DNA of 64,000 nucleotides from Selaginella moellendorffii (GCF_000143415.4 NW_003314270.1:1286806-1350805), one strand, 5' to 3'. Positions 1 to 11,921 are shown, numbered from the stretch's first letter. The notes: generated by a model from the sequence alone, not told the origin. Numbers and translations are program-made.

Positions 1-1197
1 TCCTCGTTGAGGTGGGGGTCGTCCAGCGGCGCCGAGGGATGGAGGCGGAGAACTTCCTTGGCGATGGCTTGGAGATAGGGGAGCGATGGAATGGCCGACT
101 CGTCCATGAGCCGTGATCTTCCCACGACGCTGTCAAGCTCCTGCTGGGCTCGCGACAGGGTGTGGGGATTTGAGGCCAGCTCCGCCATCGCCCACTCGAC
201 CGCCGCGGCGGTCGTGCCGATCCCCGGGAGCAAGGCGTCCTATAACATCAAAGCATGTTAGAGAGAGAATAAGAACATTCAAGAAGCCTACGCTGAGAAT
301 TCCCATGATTTGCTTGTCCGAGAGCTGGTTTTGCAGTAGCACGTCGATCACGTCCTTGCCTTTTTCATCCTGGATCATCACAGTGTTCTTCCTGTGCTCC
401 TGGATGATCATCGTGAAGAGAGGCTCGAGCTTGCTCATCAGTCTCTTGAATCTCCCCTCGAGCCCCTGGAGATCGAAAATGCCCAGCGCTGGAAAGTAGT
501 CTGCCAGATTGAGTTCTCCCCACAGGAAGTTCCCCTCTGCCAGATACTTCTCGAATTCTCGCTCGAGCTCGCGGGTGATCCTCTCGGCATCTGGGTTGTC
601 AATGTTCTTCCCGAGATAGTGATCGCCAAAGAGCATTCGCATGATGATCCTTCCCACAACTCCCTCCGCGATCTTCCTCACATCGACGCTCGCCCAATCT
701 CTCCCGTGGCCGGTGATTCCTAGCAGGGAGTCCACCGTCTTGAGGACCTCTTCTCGGCGAAGCCATGCCTGGGAGCTCAATCGCGACGGCGCCATGAGCT
801 CGTTGCTGAAAGCCTTGCGCACCACTCTCCAGTTCTCGTTGAGCGGGCAGAGATTGGGATCGCTGTGCTCGAATCCGATGTATTTCCCGGTCATGGACAG
901 CGGCCTGGACGAGAATTGCGCGTCCTTGAATCGGAGAACCTCCATAGCCAGATCTTTGCCGTGGACGAGGAAGATTTTGGAGGAGCCAATTGGCATGGTG
1001 ACAATGGGGCCGAATTTCTTGGAGAGCTCCAAGAATCCGCGGTGCCTCTGATGGAAGGGGAAGGAGGGCAAGCAGCCGATCAATGGCCATTGGAACGGAC
1101 CTGGAGGGAGCGCTGCTCGATCTCGCGATTTTCTTGCGCGTAACACGAACAGTAGAAACCCCAAGATGATCGCCGCGAAAGCAAGATGCCCTTCCAT
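1..1197 (-). CDS. Cytochrome P450, CYP71-clan (A-type); 3' end runs off the window
   Basis: N-terminal membrane anchor, LPPGP/WPLIG hinge, W-x3-R C-helix; GT-AG intron ~240-291; exon 2 reads DALLPGIGTTAAAVEWAMAEL...KEVLRLHP (I-helix, ExxR). Confidence 0.93.
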
Positions 1198-1296
1198 CGC
1201 TGCCAGTCGCAATCCCTAGCGCTAGACTGGACTATCGAAGTATCGCATTCGTGTCGTGATGCTCTTGACTCCAGAGTTTAGGGTTCATGGGTTTGA

Positions 1297-3090
1297 ATGG
1301 CTAGTCATGCCGCGCATTCCGTGCTCAATCGATCGATCGATCGATGGGCGCCAAATCCCTCCTCGCCAAGAGATCGATCCAACAGCAGCAGCGGGAAGGT
1401 TGGGATCAAGAAGAGCCTGCGCCGCGAGATCCCGACGCCGCAAGAATGGGCGGAGATGAAGCGGCTGCTGGAGCAGATGGAGGCCCGGGAGATCCAGGCA
1501 GAAATTTCGGCTTGCGCGGCGATTCTCACGGCTTGTAGCGATCTGCGAGCTCTTCCCGAGGGTAAGCGCGTTCACGGGCTCGTCATGAGGGAATCGCTCC
1601 TCCAAGACGAGAGGCCTGACGAATCGCTGCTGGAAAACATCGTCATCCAGATGTATCTGCGGTGTGGCTGCACGGATCTGGCGCTCGATGTCTTCGATAG
1701 GATGAAGGACCAGAACGTTGTGGCATGGACTTCTCTCATCTCGGCATTTACCTTTGCCGGGCATTTTGGCGATGCGATGGTCTTGTTCCGCAAGATGCTT
1801 CTCTCGGGGGTCTCGCCGGACAGGATCACTTTCACATCGATTGTCAACACCGCTGGGGCTCTAGGATCTCTCGGAAATGCCAGGTTTGTGCACGAATGCA
1901 TTGTAGAGGCTGGATTTGGATCTCACACCGTGGTTGGCACTGCAGTTCTTGGGATGTATAGCAAATGCCGGAGCCTGGAGCTCGCGAGAGCGGCCTTCGA
2001 GTCAATCGTAGCTCACGACCGGATCTCATACACCGCGATGATCACTGCTTACTCGGAGAACTCGTCCAGCGAAGCCTTGGTGCTCTTCCACAAGATGGTG
2101 CTCGAGGGCGTCACTCTGTGCGATATAACTTTGGCCTCGGCGCTCAACGCCTGTGGAGATCCGGCGATGCTACGCCACGGCAAAGTGATTCACGGGATGG
2201 CTGGCGAGAAAGGACTCGAGTCGGACATGGTGGTCGGGACTGCGTTGGTAAACATGTACAGCAAATGCGGAGAGATCCAGCAGGCGAAGGTGGTGTTCGA
2301 CCGGATGATCCAGCGAGACGTGGTTTTATGGACCGCCATGATCGGGGGCTATGCCGAGAACGGGCAGCCGAGGCTGGCGTTCGATCTTTTTCGGCAGATG
2401 CAGCAGCAAAGCTCTGTGAGGCCGAACAGGGTCACGTATCTCACGCTCGCCAACGCGTGCTCGGAGAAGGCAGCGCTTCCAGACGCGAGATTTCTCCACG
2501 CGAAGATCAGCTCCGAGAAGATCGACGACCCCGTCACTGGCAGCGCGGTTGTCTCCATGTACGGGAGGTGTGGGAGCGTCGGCGACGCGAGACAAGCTTT
2601 CGAGCAGCTCAAGAACAAGTGCGCGGTGGCCTGGAACTCGATCATCGCGGTGCACACCCAGATCGGCGACGCCGATGAATCGCTGGAGCTGCTGGGCCGG
2701 ATGCTGCTGGATGGATCCAAGCCGGACAGGGTGACTTTCATCAGCGTTCTCTCGATGTGTAGCCACGCCGGGATGGTGAAGCAAGGGTGCGAGATCTTTA
2801 CGTCGATCCGGGATGATCACAGGCTTGAGCCGGCGATGGAGCACTACAGCTGCGTCACGGATATGCTGGGACGAGCAGGGTGGCTGGAGGAGGCCGAGAA
2901 CTTTGTGAAGAAGATGGGCTTGGAGCCCGACGATGGGATCTGGGCGTGCTTGCTTGGAGCGTGTAGAATGTATGGCGATGTCGAGAGGAGCGAGAGGATC
3001 GCAAGGAAAGTTTTGGAGCTCCAGCCTCATAACAGCGAGGCTTATGTTGTGCTGTGTAATAGCCTAAAAGATTCGTTGAATATGCCTTAA
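1297..3090 (+). CDS. PLS-class PPR protein ending in an E domain (no DYW)
   Basis: Intronless 597 aa ORF with P/L/S repeats (MYxKCG, D/N-VVxWTxMI) and E1-like IWACLLGAC...AYVVLCN; stops before E2/DYW. Confidence 0.92.
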   Translation: MASHAAHSVLNRSIDRWAPNPSSPRDRSNSSSGKVGIKKSLRREIPTPQEWAEMKRLLEQMEAREIQAEISACAAILTACSDLRALPEGKRVHGLVMRESLLQDERPDESLLENIVIQMYLRCGCTDLALDVFDRMKDQNVVAWTSLISAFTFAGHFGDAMVLFRKMLLSGVSPDRITFTSIVNTAGALGSLGNARFVHECIVEAGFGSHTVVGTAVLGMYSKCRSLELARAAFESIVAHDRISYTAMITAYSENSSSEALVLFHKMVLEGVTLCDITLASALNACGDPAMLRHGKVIHGMAGEKGLESDMVVGTALVNMYSKCGEIQQAKVVFDRMIQRDVVLWTAMIGGYAENGQPRLAFDLFRQMQQQSSVRPNRVTYLTLANACSEKAALPDARFLHAKISSEKIDDPVTGSAVVSMYGRCGSVGDARQAFEQLKNKCAVAWNSIIAVHTQIGDADESLELLGRMLLDGSKPDRVTFISVLSMCSHAGMVKQGCEIFTSIRDDHRLEPAMEHYSCVTDMLGRAGWLEEAENFVKKMGLEPDDGIWACLLGACRMYGDVERSERIARKVLELQPHNSEAYVVLCNSLKDSLNMP

Positions 3091-4272
3091 TATTGTAGGG
3101 TTTTTTGAAAGCACAGAGGACGTATAACATGACACGTTTATCCCTTACGTCGCAAAGCTGCAGGAGAACGTGTTGATTGTGGCGATGAAGGTGGTTGCAG
3201 GGACAGCGGCAAGATCACCAGCACCTCATGTTTGTCACATACGATCCCAAATGATCTTAAACATGTAATAATAATTTGAATTGTAAAAAGAGATTTTGTC
3301 AATGCAAGCGCCAACCCAAAAGGGTTCTGCACGGGAACGCTGAAGGCATGGCGAGCATGATTTCTTCGCCGAGGGCTTTCGATGGGGAAGAGGTGGTGCA
3401 AGACAGGCTCACCATCAAGACGCAGAGCTGCTGGGTGACGACTACACCGAGTTTAATGATCATTAGCGGGACTACCTCAGAAATATCCCCTCTCTCACAG
3501 GAACTGCCCATGCCGCGGGTACGCTCTTCTTCTTTACATGTTTTGTTACAGTTGTGAGTTTTGTGGGTGTGAGTTTTGCAGCTTGATCTTGTTCGAGCGA
3601 TCAGAAGTATGGCTACAGCGAGGAGTCAAATCCTTGTTTCGACTTCGATTTCAAGAAGGTCGAGGCGCCTTTTGACACTGAGAGTCTGGTACCTGTATAT
3701 TTGTCGCAGCTTCAAATTTGGTGCTACTTCTGGGGTCTTGGAAGCGAGAGTTGTGGCCGGACCGATCACGATCACAGTTCCAAAATTTGATTCACGTGTT
3801 GTTACTCTGTTTTTAACAGAACTTTTCTCAGCCACGTCATTGTAGGTTAAGGTAGGAATGTGGAAGACATGCTTCGCTGGCTGGCCAGGACTTTCCAACG
3901 GGGAGCCAGGTCAACGAAGAGCCCACCGTTGACTAGAATATTCTTAGAGTATTTTGTTATACCAAAGAATATCCTCTCAAAGTTTTTTAATGAACAGTAG
4001 TTCATTATAATAATTAAATTTAGGAGCTAACTCTATTAATTATCAGTTTATTTCTCACTCAATTAAAATCTATTTTTCTAATAATATAAAATCCTTTTTT
4101 TCTGCCCAGATAAATGTATGGGACAAACTCGAAAACTTATCAAATCTGAAATAATGCGAAGAATTCAAAACAATCTCTACACTCCATAAATATAAATAAT
4201 TGAAAGATTTGAACACCTTTTACAAATAATTAATAAAATACGTGTGTGTCATTAACATAACGAGACAAAAAA

Positions 4273-4438
4273 GATCACAGGCTTCAGCCAGCAATGGAGT
4301 GGCTGGAGGAGGCCGAGAATATTGTGAAGAAGATGGGCTTGGAGCGCGACGATGCTTGGAGCTTGTAGAATGGCGATGTCGAGAGGAGCGAGAGGATTTT
4401 GGAGCTTATAGCTTGAAAGATTCGTTGAATATGCCTTA
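4273..4438 (+). pseudogene. Internally deleted copy of the 3' end of the PPR at 1297-3090
   Basis: Aligns by eye to 2815-3089 with six deletions (39, 17, 4, 12, 22, 15 nt). Confidence 0.93.
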
Positions 4439-4491
4439 CTACTATTTTCTCCTTAGGGTTTTTGAAAGCTCCGGCGAGGCGAGGCGATCGA

Positions 4492-6947
4492 ATGGTGCCT
4501 GCCCGGGCGCCGATGCTCCTAGATGTTTGCTGCAGTAGAATGGCGGCGATCCTCAGCGAAGGTGAGACTGGTGTGGATTATTCGCGGCGAGAGAGGACAT
4601 TTGATTTGATCGATCTATCAGATTTTAGCGCGCAGGCGCAGGCGCTGGATTTGCCTCTCGACTTGCTGTGCAAGATTTTGCTGGAGCTGCCTCCCCTGGC
4701 GCTGCATTATTTGGAGCAATGTGCCTCAGGGTAATGATTCTATCGGCAGTTCTTTGATTTTTTTTTCTTTGTTCACAGACAGTACGAGGAAGTCTTCTCG
4801 CTGGCATGGAAAAGTTTGGCTGAATGCCATCACAATACTTTACTCAAGCACGGTACCTGGAAGGATGCTTACTGGGAAGCTCACGTCCAAGCGTAAGGAA
4901 AAATGACTTGTTTGGTCTCTCCTGTTTACTCATCGCTTTGTATTTAGCTGCCTCAATGCTGTAACGACTGAGCTCTCTGCTCCAAATTTCGATGGCCAGA
5001 TAGGAGATCTTCTTGTACCAGGTATCAGTTTCTGGTGTCAAGCATTTTTATGTTTGTGGATTAGTTTTGAGTTGCCTGTAGAAATTCAGAGGCTTTGGTA
5101 TACAGGATTGGTGCGAGGAATGCTGCCTGCTGCGAGGAGAGCGATTTCACGTCCTTGAAAAACACGATACCTTTACTTTCGAGATATGTGAAGTAAGTTT
5201 TTTTCCGCTCACAAGAGTTCATTCTTGTTTAACATTGACTTTTGAAAGGTCCTTACGCTTACGGAGCGTTCTATGTTCCAGCGAACTAGTGGTAAAAATC
5301 TCTTGTTTGTTTTCAACTTTATTGATGTTTCTCTGCTTGACAGAGTCTATTTGATTCAGCCGAACTAGCGAGCCTTTCTTTCTTGAACATCAAAACATCT
5401 ACACAGGTTTGTGTCTTCAGGAAAGAAAATGCTCTAATTTTTTTCCTTCGGGCAGTTCGGTCTTATAGTTAAACTTCTAGCTCGTAACGTCAGAGCTCTT
5501 CGACGGCTTGAGTTTCATTACTGCAAGTTTTTTGAACAAGATTTCAACACTTTACTGGGCATGCTAAAATCAGCTGATGTTTTGAGTGATTTCGCCATCA
5601 CTTGCTCAAGCATTCAGGTTCCGTCGGCGTCGTTGGAAATGCAACAGTTTCTAAGAAGTTGCAGGCAAGCTTATTACCTCTTTCTTTACTTAGTGATCAT
5701 GGGAAAATGTTGTCTTACAGGTCTCTAGCATGCGTGCATCTCGTCAGCAATAGAATGCACACGCAATTTACAAGCTCTATCGTAGTCGAGCTGTTCTCCC
5801 TCTCTTCGCTTGGTACCCTTGATTTTGCAGACAATCTGGTAATAGCTTCTTTGATTAGAATGTTTTCTTCTCTAACGTCTTTCTGGCAGCTAGAAAGCTG
5901 TTTTGAATCTCCCACAGTCAACCAGTTTTTTATCAACTGTGCGGTTAAGCAACTCCCATTCACACCTGGACTTAAGGTTCTCAACCTGAAGTAAGAAAAA
6001 GAGTTTCAAAGGTGCATGATAGGTTCTAACCGCTTTACTTCATACAGATCTTGTTTCTTGAGTTCTGCGTGTGTTCAGAACCTTGTTCATTACTTGAAAT
6101 GTCTACCACACCTGCACACTTTAAACTTGAGCGACAATCCAGTGGCCGATGAGGGTATCAAGTAAGCTATTCAAGTATTTTGTATGTTCTCTTGCACATT
6201 TATATCTTTTCGATACAGGTCTGTTGCTTGCTGCTTACAGACAAGCCTCTCTGCACTTATGGAACTGAACGTCGCTGGCTGTGAATTAAGCTGGAACGGG
6301 CTATCTTCACTTTTGGATTCCTTGGTTTCAACCAATCACAGGTTGCGTTCCTTGTCCGTTGCAGATAACAGTTTTGGTAGGAGTGGCTCTGCGGTTCTTG
6401 CAAAATATCTTCAGAAAAGCGCCGTGAAAGAGCTTGATATTTCTGAGATTGGACTTGGTTCCCTGGGCTGCTCTTCGGAGCTAGCATCAGCTTTAATTCA
6501 GAACCAGACACTGGAACATCTGAACATAAGGTGGGATTTCCTAAACGAAACCATTATGTTATTAACCTTTGCGGTTTTGATCTCAGCAAAAACAGGATTG
6601 CTTTTCCTGGAGCAGAATTATTACATGCAGTCATCTCCAAAGGTCAGGGTGTACTTACAGACATCAATGCGAGCTTCAATCTTCTCAACGTTGAGGCTAT
6701 GAAGCGTCTTGCTTCTGCGCTGCAGACGAAGGCCGCCCTTGGTGGTACTTTTGACATCATTTTTTTTATGGATCCATCTCACATTCTTCGGGCTGCAGGG
6801 AGGATGAAGCGACTAGACTTGCTAGGAAATCCCGGAATCCCGCCTCCAGGCGCCAACTTGTTTGGCTCGTTCTCTGAAGGACCTGACGCCATTGTGCTTC
6901 TTTCGAGCTCCCAGTTTTATGTTCCACTGCACGACGATGATCCTTGA
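4492..6947 (+). CDS. RNI-like leucine-rich repeat protein (multi-exon)
   Basis: N-terminal APMLLDVC / LPLDLLCKILLELPPLAL motif; LRR segments LHTLNLSDNP, LMELNVAGCEL, LRSLSVADNSF, LEHLNI, LDLLGNPG split by short GT-AG introns. Confidence 0.75.
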
Positions 6948-6956
6948 ATTCTGCAT

Positions 6957-9182
6957 ATGGACACGCTGGTTTTAGCATCTTGGCCGACAAGGCTCAAAGG
7001 TAATGACGCCCGACAAAGCAGAGCAGCGGCTACCAGGATTGCTAGCTCGGAAATCGAGGCAACTATAAACAACAAATTGGGATGGGTGGAAAATCTAGCA
7101 GAGGCAGTAAATCAGCTATACAGCGGCGCTACAGTAATAGATCCCGGGGTTTACGTGGAGCTCTTGAAATGGTCCGGCAGGGAACGGAATTTAGACGAAG
7201 GAAAGCGTGTTCACTCCCACATCATGCAAACTGGATACGAAGGGGATCGTATGGTGATGAACTTGGTGGTGGAGATGTACGGGAAGTGTGGGGATGTGGA
7301 GCAAGCGGGAAACGTCTTCGATAGTATACAGGATCCCAACGTGTTTTCGTGGACCATCATCATCGCTGCGTATGCCCAGAATGGTCATTGCATGGAGGTC
7401 TTGAGGCTTCTTTCGAGGATGAACCAGGCGGGTGTCAAACCAGATGGTTATACGTTTACAACTGTTCTGGGAGCATGCACGGCCGTTGGGGCACTCGAAG
7501 AGGCCAAGATTCTTCATGCAGCTACGATCTCGAGCACCGGCCTGGACAGGGACGCTGCAGTCGGCACTGCTCTCATAAATCTCTATGGGAAGTGTGGAGC
7601 ACTCGAGGAGGCTTTTGGAGTTTTCGTCCAGATCGATAACAAGGATATCGTCAGCTGGAGCTCCATGATAGCAGCATTCGCTCAGAGCGGGCAAGCCAAG
7701 TCCGCGATCCAGCTCTTGATGCTCATGGACTTGGAAGGTGTCCGTCCCAACAACGTCACCTTTGTCAATGTCCTGGAGGCTGTCACGAGCTTGAAAGCCT
7801 TCCAATATGGCAAAGAGATCCACGCCCGTATCGTCCAAGCCGGTTACAGTGACGACGTCTGCCTCACAAGTGCGCTGGTGAAGATGTACTGCAACTGGGG
7901 CTGGGTCGAGACTGCAAGGTCCATCTTTGAGAGCTCCCGTGAAAGAGACGTTGTTTCCTGGAGCTCGATGATAGCAGGCTACTCTCAGAACGAGTCGCCC
8001 GCAAGAGCACTGTCACTGTTCCGCGAGATGGAGGTTGACGGTGTCCAGCCAAACTCTGTCACTTTTGTGAGCGCCATCGATGCCTGTGCCGGGGTTGGAG
8101 CTCTCCGACGAGGAACGCAGCTCCACGAGCGGGTCCGGTGTCTGGGCCTGGACAAAGACGTCCCCGTTGCGACCGCTCTCGTCAACTTGTATGGGAAGTG
8201 CGGCAGGCTGGAAGAGGCCGAGGCCGTGTTTCTGGGGATGAAGAAGAAGAACTTGCTCACTTGGACGTCGATAGCAATGGCCTATGGTCAGAACGGGCAT
8301 GGAAGCCGGTCACTCAAGCTCTTGCACGGGATGGAGCTTCAAGGCATGAAACCCGACGGGATAGTGTTTGTGGCCATCCTTGTCTCGTGTAACTACGCCG
8401 GGCAGATGAGCAAGGGACTCCACTACTACAATCTGATGACCCAAGACTTCGGCATTGCTCCAGCAGTGGAGCACTGCGGCTGCATGGTTGATATCCTGGG
8501 ACGAGCGGGGAAGCTGGAGGCGGCGGAGCAGCTGATAAACACTATGAAGTTCGAGTCAAGCCTGGCGTGGATGATGCTTCTCACCGCTTGCAAGGCGCAC
8601 AACGATACCGCTCGAGCCGCCCGTGCCGCAGAGAAGATCTTCCAGCTGGAGCCCAAGAACGCGACGCCTTACGTCCTTCTCTCGAGCGTCTTCTGCGCCG
8701 CTGGGAGCTGGGAGGCCGCTGAGGAGACGAGGAGGAGGATGGATGGCCGGGGGGTGCAAAGGCTGCTGGGAAGGAGCTCGATCGAGATCGGGGACAGGGT
8801 GCACGAGTTCGTAGCGGCCAGCGATGTGCTGCCTCACCACTTGGTCGGGGAGATCTTCGCGGCCTTGGAGAAGCTAGGCAGGGAGATGCAAGGCGCTGGC
8901 TACGTCCCGGATGCTACTGCGGTGCGCTTGCGGGATGTGGAGGAGGGTGGCAAGGAGAACGCGGTGCCATACCATAGCGAGATGCTGGCGCTGGGACTGG
9001 GGATCATCTCCACGCCCGCTGGAACGCCGCTCCGGATCACCAAGAACTTGAGGATGTGCTCCGACTGCCATATCGCCACCAAGTTTGTGTCCAAGCTCGT
9101 CCACCGGCGTATCAGCGTGAGAGATGGAAGGCGCCACCACCACTTTGAGAATGGAGTTTGCTCGTGCGGGGATTACTGGTAG
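6957..9182 (+). CDS. PLS-E-DYW PPR protein (candidate C-to-U RNA editing factor)
   Basis: 741 aa intronless ORF; HSE, KNLRMCSDCH, RDGRRHHHF and terminal CSCGDYW. Confidence 0.95.
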   Translation: MDTLVLASWPTRLKGNDARQSRAAATRIASSEIEATINNKLGWVENLAEAVNQLYSGATVIDPGVYVELLKWSGRERNLDEGKRVHSHIMQTGYEGDRMVMNLVVEMYGKCGDVEQAGNVFDSIQDPNVFSWTIIIAAYAQNGHCMEVLRLLSRMNQAGVKPDGYTFTTVLGACTAVGALEEAKILHAATISSTGLDRDAAVGTALINLYGKCGALEEAFGVFVQIDNKDIVSWSSMIAAFAQSGQAKSAIQLLMLMDLEGVRPNNVTFVNVLEAVTSLKAFQYGKEIHARIVQAGYSDDVCLTSALVKMYCNWGWVETARSIFESSRERDVVSWSSMIAGYSQNESPARALSLFREMEVDGVQPNSVTFVSAIDACAGVGALRRGTQLHERVRCLGLDKDVPVATALVNLYGKCGRLEEAEAVFLGMKKKNLLTWTSIAMAYGQNGHGSRSLKLLHGMELQGMKPDGIVFVAILVSCNYAGQMSKGLHYYNLMTQDFGIAPAVEHCGCMVDILGRAGKLEAAEQLINTMKFESSLAWMMLLTACKAHNDTARAARAAEKIFQLEPKNATPYVLLSSVFCAAGSWEAAEETRRRMDGRGVQRLLGRSSIEIGDRVHEFVAASDVLPHHLVGEIFAALEKLGREMQGAGYVPDATAVRLRDVEEGGKENAVPYHSEMLALGLGIISTPAGTPLRITKNLRMCSDCHIATKFVSKLVHRRISVRDGRRHHHFENGVCSCGDYW

Positions 9183-9277
9183 AATGGCAAGAATCTCGGC
9201 TGTGGAGATTAACGTTTATGTATGGCCTGATGCGTTGACCTTATTTAACTTTACATTGACTTTCTTGGCTTTGTATT

Positions 9278-9360
9278 TGACGTCATTTGAGCTAAATGGG
9301 CGACGTGGCGTATAACACGTGGCATTTTAGTGACGGGGCAAGTACGTGGCTGTCACGTCA
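9278..9360 (+). promoter_or_regulatory. Cluster of ACGT elements (G-box/ABRE-like) upstream of cpSRP54
   Basis: TGACGTCA 9278, ACGTGGC 9303, CACGTGGC 9316, ACGTGGC 9344, CACGTCA 9354, all within 140 nt of the ATG. Confidence 0.55.
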
Positions 9361-9416
9361 CTACCATTCAAATTGCAGATAATGGAACATTTGGAGCTAG
9401 GGCTCTTTCTTGCTCG

Positions 9417-11836
9417 ATGACGGCCCCGGCGCTGGCGGCATCTCAATGGCGCTGTTTCGCGTGTGGATCTAAGCTCGGCGCGGCCAATGCGGAGTTTGTA
9501 TCGGTAAGGTGTCGGCATGAGTGTATGAAAATCTTCGTCATCGGGTTCCTCTTCCCAGCCGCAATTCCTGAGGCTCTCGGCGGCGCCAAGGAGGCCGTGG
9601 ATTTCTATCAAGAAGAGCTGCGGGCGTGGGGGATTGGCGATTCGTGCGGCCGTTTTTGATCAGCTCTCGACGAGCTTGGAGAAAGTATGGACAAAGCTCC
9701 AAGGAGAAGGTGATATGATAGAGGAAAACGAGCTCTTCCTTATGCTGACACTGTGTGTTCGTCTTATAGAAACGCTAACCAGCGAGAATATGAAAGAGCC
9801 ATTGCAGGATATCCGTCGAGCCCTGCTCGAAGCAGATGTAAGTAGCTCAAGGAAACTTTAGACATTCTTGCTTCTTTCTTTTGCTAGGTGAGCTTGCCAG
9901 TGGTTCGAAAACTCGTGGGCTCTATCGCGGAGAAAGCTGTCGGCACAGGCGTTATACGTGGAGTGAGGCCGGACCAGCAGCTTGTCAAGGTATGTGGCTC
10001 ACTTTGATTCCAATTAGTTTTCCTACTTGAAGAAGTTCCAGGATGCAGGTTGTGTATGACGAGCTCATATCTCTCATGGGTGGCCAAGCGGCACACATTG
10101 AGTTTTCTGGAACGCCTCCCACCGTGATTCTTATGGCTGGGCTTCAAGGTGTGGGAAAAACCACCGCTTGCGGGAAACTGGCGCTTTACATGAAGAAAAA
10201 GGTACTACGCAATGTCTGCGTCTGGTTTGTAGATAAGATTTTTTCTTCAGGGAAAGAGCTGCATGCTTGTGGCTACAGACATTTACAGGCCTGCTGCAAT
10301 TGAGCAACTGATTACTCTAGGAAAACAGGTGATTATTCTATAGTAGTCTGAAATGGAAGTCTTACTTCTGTGGGAACAGGTTGAGGTTCCTGTGTTCGAG
10401 GCAGGGACTGAGCTAAGTCCTGTAGAGATTGCGAAAAGAGGTCTGAAAGAAGCAAAGGAGAAAGGAACAGACGTTCTTATTGTGGATACTGCTGGACGCC
10501 TTCAGGTATTGTCTGTTTTTCAAAATCTCGTGTCTCACAGTTTACATCGTCTGCCAGGTTGATGCCACAATGATGGACGAACTAAAGCAAATGAAAAAAG
10601 TCCTTAATCCAAACGAGGTGCTACTGGTTGTCGATGCCATGACGGGCCAGGAGGCTGCTGGTGAGTATCTTCAGTTCAGTAAGCTCATGCAAATCCTGAG
10701 TTATTTCTTGCCGTTTTCCAGCTCTGGTATCTGCTTTCAATTTGGAAGTGGGAATCACTGGAGCTATAATGACAAAGGTCGATGGGGATTCGAGGGGTGG
10801 AGCCGCGTTAAGCGTGCAAGAGGTAAGCTTAACGTTTATAAACAAGTGAGCTATCTGGTTGATAACTTGCATTGGTAACCAGGTTTCTGGAAAGCCCATC
10901 AAATTCGTTGGAGAAGGTGAGGGTATGAACGCTCTGGAGCTCTTTTATCCCGATCGTATGGCTAGTCGAATTCTGGGCATGGGAGATGTACTGTCGTTTG
11001 TAGAGAAGGCCCAAGAATCGGTACGAGAGATCAGTTTTACAGTGATTTTTTCTAACGGTTTTTTGTTTTGATCAGATGATGAAAGAAGATGCCGAAGATA
11101 TGCAAAAGAAGATTATGGAAGCCAAATACGATTTCAATGACTACTTGAAACAGCTGAATGCACTAGCCCGTATGGGATCAATGGGGGGAGTTTTGAAACT
11201 CATACCTGGGATGAACAAGGTGGACACCATTACTATTTCTCACCATTTTCTGCTGTCTAACGTTTGGGTTAAACAGGTCACTCCTCAGCAAATCCGTGAA
11301 GCTGAAAGGAGCTTGAGTATAGCAGAAGCAATGATAAACGCCATGACTCCTGGTAAGACCATGCCTGCTGTTCTCTCGTTCTCAGTCATTGTTTCTGCAG
11401 AGGAAAGAGAAGATCCAGAGCTTCTTGCCAAGTCGCCCGTTAGAAGAAAAAGAGTTGCCACGGAATCTGGTAGAACGGAAGCACAGGTAAACTGCAAATC
11501 TAGTTTTCGAAGCAGATATCTGTACAGTGTCGCGATTTTTGCAGGTTGGCCAGCTTATATCTCAACTATACCAAATGCGTGCTCAAATGAAGAACTTGGC
11601 AGCAAGAATGCAGGACGGAAAGATGCCAGGACTGGAAGACCTCGAGGAGCTAAGCAAAGGAGCGAAGGTAAGGTCATGGCATCCATATCTTTATTATGAG
11701 CTCTAACACACGGCTTGGATTGTAGCTTCCACCCGGCACAGCAAGAAGGAAGAAAGGCAAATCCGAGCTCCAGAAGCAATTGTCTGCCATTGGAAACAAG
11801 CAGTCGGCTCCCAAGGGATTTGGATCGAAAAACTAG
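9417..11836 (+). CDS. cpSRP54: Chloroplast signal recognition particle 54 kDa subunit (multi-exon)
   Basis: Transit-peptide-like N-terminus; [37 protein letters not shown] domain, C-terminal PPGTARRKK. Confidence 0.95.
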
Positions 11837-11921
11837 TCAACACTCAACTAGGACAAAGTAAGAACTGGAAGCATCACTTTGTAGAGTCTTATCACTATTA
11901 ACCAGAATTACTTTGTGTGAT

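Noticed and set aside
1965-3030. Long alternative-frame and antisense ORFs over PPR genes (also 7191-7838, 25445-26212, and 48141-49049 over UTP18)
   Set aside because: Shadow ORFs expected from GC-rich codon usage; no domain features
3100-3940. Coding-like fragments and a GTCAACG/CGTTGAC hairpin next to CTAG (Helitron-like end)
   Set aside because: No recognisable protein; the hairpin overlaps the CTAG rather than lying ~10 nt upstream, and no matching 5' end was found
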